From Sphaerodactylus townsendi (lineage: Eukaryota), in NCBI RefSeq assembly GCF_021028975.2, contig NC_059430.1, positions 24,490,001-24,554,000 of the forward strand: a stretch of 64,000 nt of DNA, in the 5' to 3' direction. Within the stretch, counting starts at the first letter, position 1; every line of letters begins with the position of its first letter. The notes under the pieces were generated by a model that worked only from the letters and a program-made list of their open reading frames with translations, searched no databases and had not been told where the DNA came from. A program made the translations under genes and the position numbers. Shown one piece after another: positions 59,716 through 64,000 of the stretch.

Positions 59716-61564
59716 GATCACATTCTCCTGATAGGAGAATGGCTCTCGTTCAGCCCCTCCAAAGGTTCATGTCCTATCAGGTTACATTGGGCAAGTATGG
59801 ATATTTATCAGTATAGGTGAGGAAACTGCAAAAGAAAAACATGTGTGATCCACAGGCACAGCCTGGAAGAAAGAAATCAGGATTACATATAATGAAATAG
59901 ATGGCAACTATACTACAATTGTGCCTAAAAATCTGTACTAACAGAAAGTATTTATTCCTTCAAATAGAACTGAAAGAGGATCCATATCACTCCAGCAGTT
60001 ATACACTACCAGCCCACCAGACAAACACAGCGCCGTGGTTAGAGAACTAGAGCTAACAATAAAGAACACTTAAAGGAAAAAAGCCATTGTTGGGAGTGTT
60101 TTACCAGTGTCTTGTAATCTGGGTGCTGAATCAGAATGCCAACAAACAAGTAGTAACTCCAGTCACTTATACAGTACTTTTTGTTCTTAACCAATTCTAG
60201 AGGGTCTCCTCAGAGAAAGAGTCCCTCATCCAACATCCATACAAAGAGACTAGAGTGGACATTTGAAGGGATGCTGGAAAGCACCACTAGCCAAGGGTAT
60301 CCTCAATCAGCATTGGGGTCTTGTAAATTCTCACAAAGGAATGCAGAACCATCCCACAGTTTCCTGCTAGTTGTAGAATTCTTCTGCATTACTGCATGAC
60401 TGTACAGCACTGGAGCCGAAAGCCTGCACTTCCAGCTCCCGGTTTACTTCTCCTGCCCCAAATCCTCACTATAATCAAATATATCCACCAGGGGAATACT
60501 CTCAGCAGCTGTGAAAAGTTTCCTCCCCACACATCAGCAATCAGCTGTATTAAGAAGGATGGAACAGGATACAGGCCAAGAGCGTTGAAGGCACAAGGAA
60601 GGCTGGAAGCCAAGCCTCTGAAAAGACAAATTATACTATAGCAAGACTTGGACCTAGTTCTCAATAAGATACAATACTACAGGAGAGGACTGACAATTCT
60701 CCATGTAAAGAATTCTATTCACTTAAAAAGCTATCAGGGAGCTCAGTTCTAGCTTATACTTGCGCTTGGCATGTTAGTTTTGCACAAGTAGGGATTTTTT
60801 AAAAATTGGTGTGAAAATATGTGACACGAGGACCGGTCAAAGGTATAAAGCTTCTATAATGCTATAGTCCTTCAAAAGCTTCATTTAAGGCAAACAGCTG
60901 CTGGGTAACACAAACATTTGTAAAAAAATTGTATAGAAGGAAAAGATGGACATGAAGAGGTGAGGCAAAAAAATAAAGGTGCTGCACTTGTTAGCCAACT
61001 GGGCAAACACATGCCATGGTGCACGCATACTAAACACATGACATGATGATACTGACAGATATCACTATTAGATGCAATTAAATAAATACGATCAAAGCCC
61101 ACTCCAACCAAAGCGGCTCAGTGTTTGTTAAGGAAGACGGTCCTATCGTCTGCCTAAAATTTATGTGAGATGTAGCTGCCTTTGGCTTCTCTATCACAAC
61201 AGATTAGATCCACTTGGCTATCAATTCTCTAGCTTCTTGTGGCTAGGAACATAAGAAGCCACCTCATACTCACTCCATCAGGTTATTGGTGCATTTCTCC
61301 CAGTACTGTCCATTCCAAATAGAAGAAGCGCTTCAAGTTCTCCAACCAACAGAGGTCTTCCCTGCACTGTTAACTGAGGACTTTTAAAACAAGAGATTCC
61401 TGGGAATTAACCTTAGGGTGGTATGCATAGAGTATGTCCTCTTCTTCTGAGTTACAGCCCCTGCCCTAAATGATATGTCCTGGTCTGAGAGGCAGCACTG
61501 GTTCCTCTAATCTAGCATTGCTATCTGACTGACAGCTTCTCCTCAAAACAGTAAGCAGTGATGT

Positions 61565-61761
61565 ATTGTCGAAGGCTTTGGTTCCCCACCCTGGGACATG
61601 GACGATATATCCCACTAAACTTTCCCTTCTCACTAGACATAGTGTGAAATAGACTTTTCTCTGTGATACACCTCTGAAGATGCCAGCCACAGATGCAGGC
61701 GAAACATTAGGAACAAGATCCACCAGACCACGGCCACACAGCAAGGAAAACCCACCTCAAC
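61565..61761 (+). mobile_element. Penelope-like element fragment with hammerhead motif and short 5' inversion
   Basis: 16-bp TSD CAGTAAGCAGTGATGT (61549-61564, 61762-61777). Begins with ATTGTCGAAGGCTTT, the inverted copy of the family tail AAAGCCTTCGACAAT. Confidence 0.82.
61671..61711 (+). ncRNA. Minimal type I hammerhead ribozyme motif (Penelope-associated)
   Basis: CCT-CTGAAGA-T-GCCAGC/cacagat/GCAGGC-GAAAC-ATT-AGG. Has core CUGANGA and GAAA, stem I CCT/AGG and stem II GCC.GC/GC.GGC. The stem III palindrome ACGT has decayed to ACAT. Confidence 0.7.
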
Positions 61762-62799
61762 CAGTAAGCAGTGATGTTTCACAGCCCCAATCCAGGGATC
61801 TTGCTGCTAGAGACGTTAGGGATTGTCCAAAGATGCTCCTCTCCAGTCCCAACTCTGATGTGAACAGAAAAGGGCTCATCCCTAAAAACTGCCTAGCTGG
61901 ATTTGACCAATGGTCCATTTAGTCCAGAATCATAAGTTCAACAGCAACCAAGTCAGATGTCTCTAGGGCACTCACAAACACTTCACAAAGCAGAAAGCCC
62001 TCCTTCCTTTCAATTCTGCAGAACACATTGCTTCTGAGGTCCCATTATGAAACGATAGAGAACTTTAGTTTCCAGACCTATCAGGCCAAGGGCGGGCATT
62101 AAAATGCAAAAAGGGGAAGAAAAAGGAACAACAGATGTTTCAAAGCATTTTCCTCCCAAAAACGTCTTGAGGGAACCAGAGCCAGGAGTATTCCACTGGG
62201 ATTTGAAGACAGCAGACCCTTACCTTCCAAGGGCTCCTACCCCTCAGGCACTCAGTCAGCACCTTGTTAAAATTCTGGAAAGAACTGCATGACCACCCAT
62301 AGTGTCCTGCCTAAGGAAGGGGCTCCAGCAGGTTCATCAAAAGACCCATCCTCTATGTTCAGCCCTGCCAGCGGCAGAAGGGGAGGTCTGGTTTACTGTC
62401 TGCAACCTGTCAGGAGGTCAGGTTCTCAGAGGCCCCTTCCGCACACGCAGAATAATGCACTTTCAATCCGCTTTCAATGTACTTTGCCACTGTGTGGAAT
62501 AGCAAAATCCACTTGCAAACAATTGTGATAGTGAATTAAATGTGCATTATTCTGCACATGCAGAAGGGGCCGGACTCAGAGGCAGCAAAGTGGACCAACC
62601 TTGCCTTTGGTGGACCAGCTGAGGTAAATCCGCTCTGAGGGAAGAGGAAATATATCTGCCCCCCCCCCCCCCCCCCCCCCCCGTCAATTTGGATATTGAT
62701 CCTGGAAGACCAGCCGATCTATACTTCCTGCCCATCCTGGGTCTAATTTTTGCCTCATTTCCCCCAAACTAAACGTATGTTGCAAACACATACAAAGGT

Positions 62800-63940
62800 T
62801 TAGTTTCATAAAACAGCCACCGTCTGCTGTTCTGGTAGATGCCCCCCCCCCCCCTTCCTTTCCCAACGAAGTCCACTTCTTAGTCCCGCTTCTCTCAGCG
62901 GTCGCAACCTCCATCCAGTCACAACAAACCCACCCCCTGCTCGGCTCACCGGGGGGGGGGGGTTCTCCTCCGTACAAGGGAACGACGACAAGGGTCACAA
63001 AATGGGGGGGGGACGACACGAAAATGGAGGGGGGGGTCTTCACTTGTCTTCATAAACTTCGCCTTAAAGCGCACGCACACGCGCGCGCACACACACAAAC
63101 ACACACACTTCCCCCTCCCTGGGCGGCCGCCCTGCAGGGTCCCCTCCGGCGCTGGCCCACCCGGGGGCGCCCCCTACCTGCACCTCCGCGGCTTCCCTCG
63201 ACGACCACGACGGTGGCGGCAACTTTTCCTCGCCTCGAGGCAGGTAGGCAGGCAGGCAGGCGGCGGCGGCGGCAGCAGCAGCAGGTGAGTTGCCCTTCCT
63301 GACGGGGGAAGCGGCCGGCCGAGCTCGCCAAGGTCAGGGCAGCAGGGTCCGCAACTGGCGCCGCCGCCGCCTCCCCAGGCTGGCTGCTCTCCCGCGGGCT
63401 GCTGCGTCTGAACCGCTCGCGTCGCCTCAGGTCGGGCCGGCCGGACAGCAGCAGCAGCAGCAGCAGCAAGAGAATAAACCGTCGCTCCCTCCTTCCTTCC
63501 CTCCCTCCCGGAGTGGCCCTGCCCGCCCCCTCCTCTCCTCTCCTCTCCTCTCCTCGCGGGCGCTTTTGCCTCAGGCGTCCTCTTCGCAGTTTTGCAAAAG
63601 CGTCGTGCGAGCGGGACGGAGCCAGGAGAGCCGACTCCGGGGAAGGGGGGGGGGGCGCCAGCAGCCCTCCGCCCCGCCTCCCCCCACGCCCCGAGCCCGC
63701 CTTCCCCCGCACCCACCCACCCCCCACCCGCCCGCCCTGCGCTGGGGCCGACAGGGGCAACCTCCCCCGGGGCAGACCTCAGTCACCCCCCCGCCCGACG
63801 CCGCCACCGGAGATGCAGTTTCCTTCTCCCCCTCCAAATGCAGCCTCCTTGCCCAAGCCTGCAATGGGTTTCTGTTCGGTTTTTGCAGACCACCCCCCTC
63901 CTCTCCTTGGGGGAAGCCCGCTCGTGGACCCGCTCTCCCC
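62800..63940. promoter_or_regulatory. CpG island / probable promoter and first exon(s) of an unidentified gene
   Basis: Very high GC and CpG density outside any recognisable TE, GC boxes (CCGCCC), and CGG/CAG runs. Donor-like sites on + (CAG|GTGAGT 63282-63290; CAG|GTAGGC 63241-63249) and on - (CAG|GTAGGG 63180-63172). Confidence 0.8.
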
Positions 63941-64000
63941 ACTCATGGTTTTCTCTCCATTCCCCCAAATTTTGTTGCCGTTGCCGGGATAATAATCCCA

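Noticed and set aside
63050-63992. Long ORFs (236, 180, 159 aa) in the terminal GC-rich region
   Set aside because: Low-complexity, stop-poor CpG island sequence with no recognisable domain.

Overview
Eukaryotic, repeat-rich vertebrate DNA. The SINE content (Sauria- and Squam3-like) points to a squamate, probably a gecko. I recognise no host protein-coding exon. The window opens in a probable 3' UTR/poly(A) region (+ strand, ~1-1030) and ends in a CpG-island promoter (~62.8-63.9 kb). The dominant feature is a cluster of three co-oriented (- strand) DIRS1-like tyrosine-recombinase retrotransposons. Copy A (3646-9381) is full length, with ITRs, terminal extension, internal complementary region (ICR), open gag and pol, and a YR gene broken by an in-frame stop. 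Copy B (~9544-12980) is 3'-truncated. Copy C (~24021-29089) is full length but decayed, and sits inside a Harbinger-type MITE that itself sits inside an old LINE. Also present: a 5'-truncated CR1 LINE carrying three younger insertions (Penelope fragment, SPIN/URR1-like hAT MITE, Harbinger MITE), three Penelope-like fragments with minimal hammerhead-ribozyme motifs, a 50-bp minisatellite hit twice by one hAT MITE family, and many SINEs, MITEs and short palindromes. The most speculative new signal is a consensus 5' splice site conserved in the DIRS terminal extension/ICR, paired with a polypyrimidine acceptor behind the left ITR. In this order the two could splice only across the circle junction or by back-splicing. 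Family names come from recalled consensus features, not from database searches.
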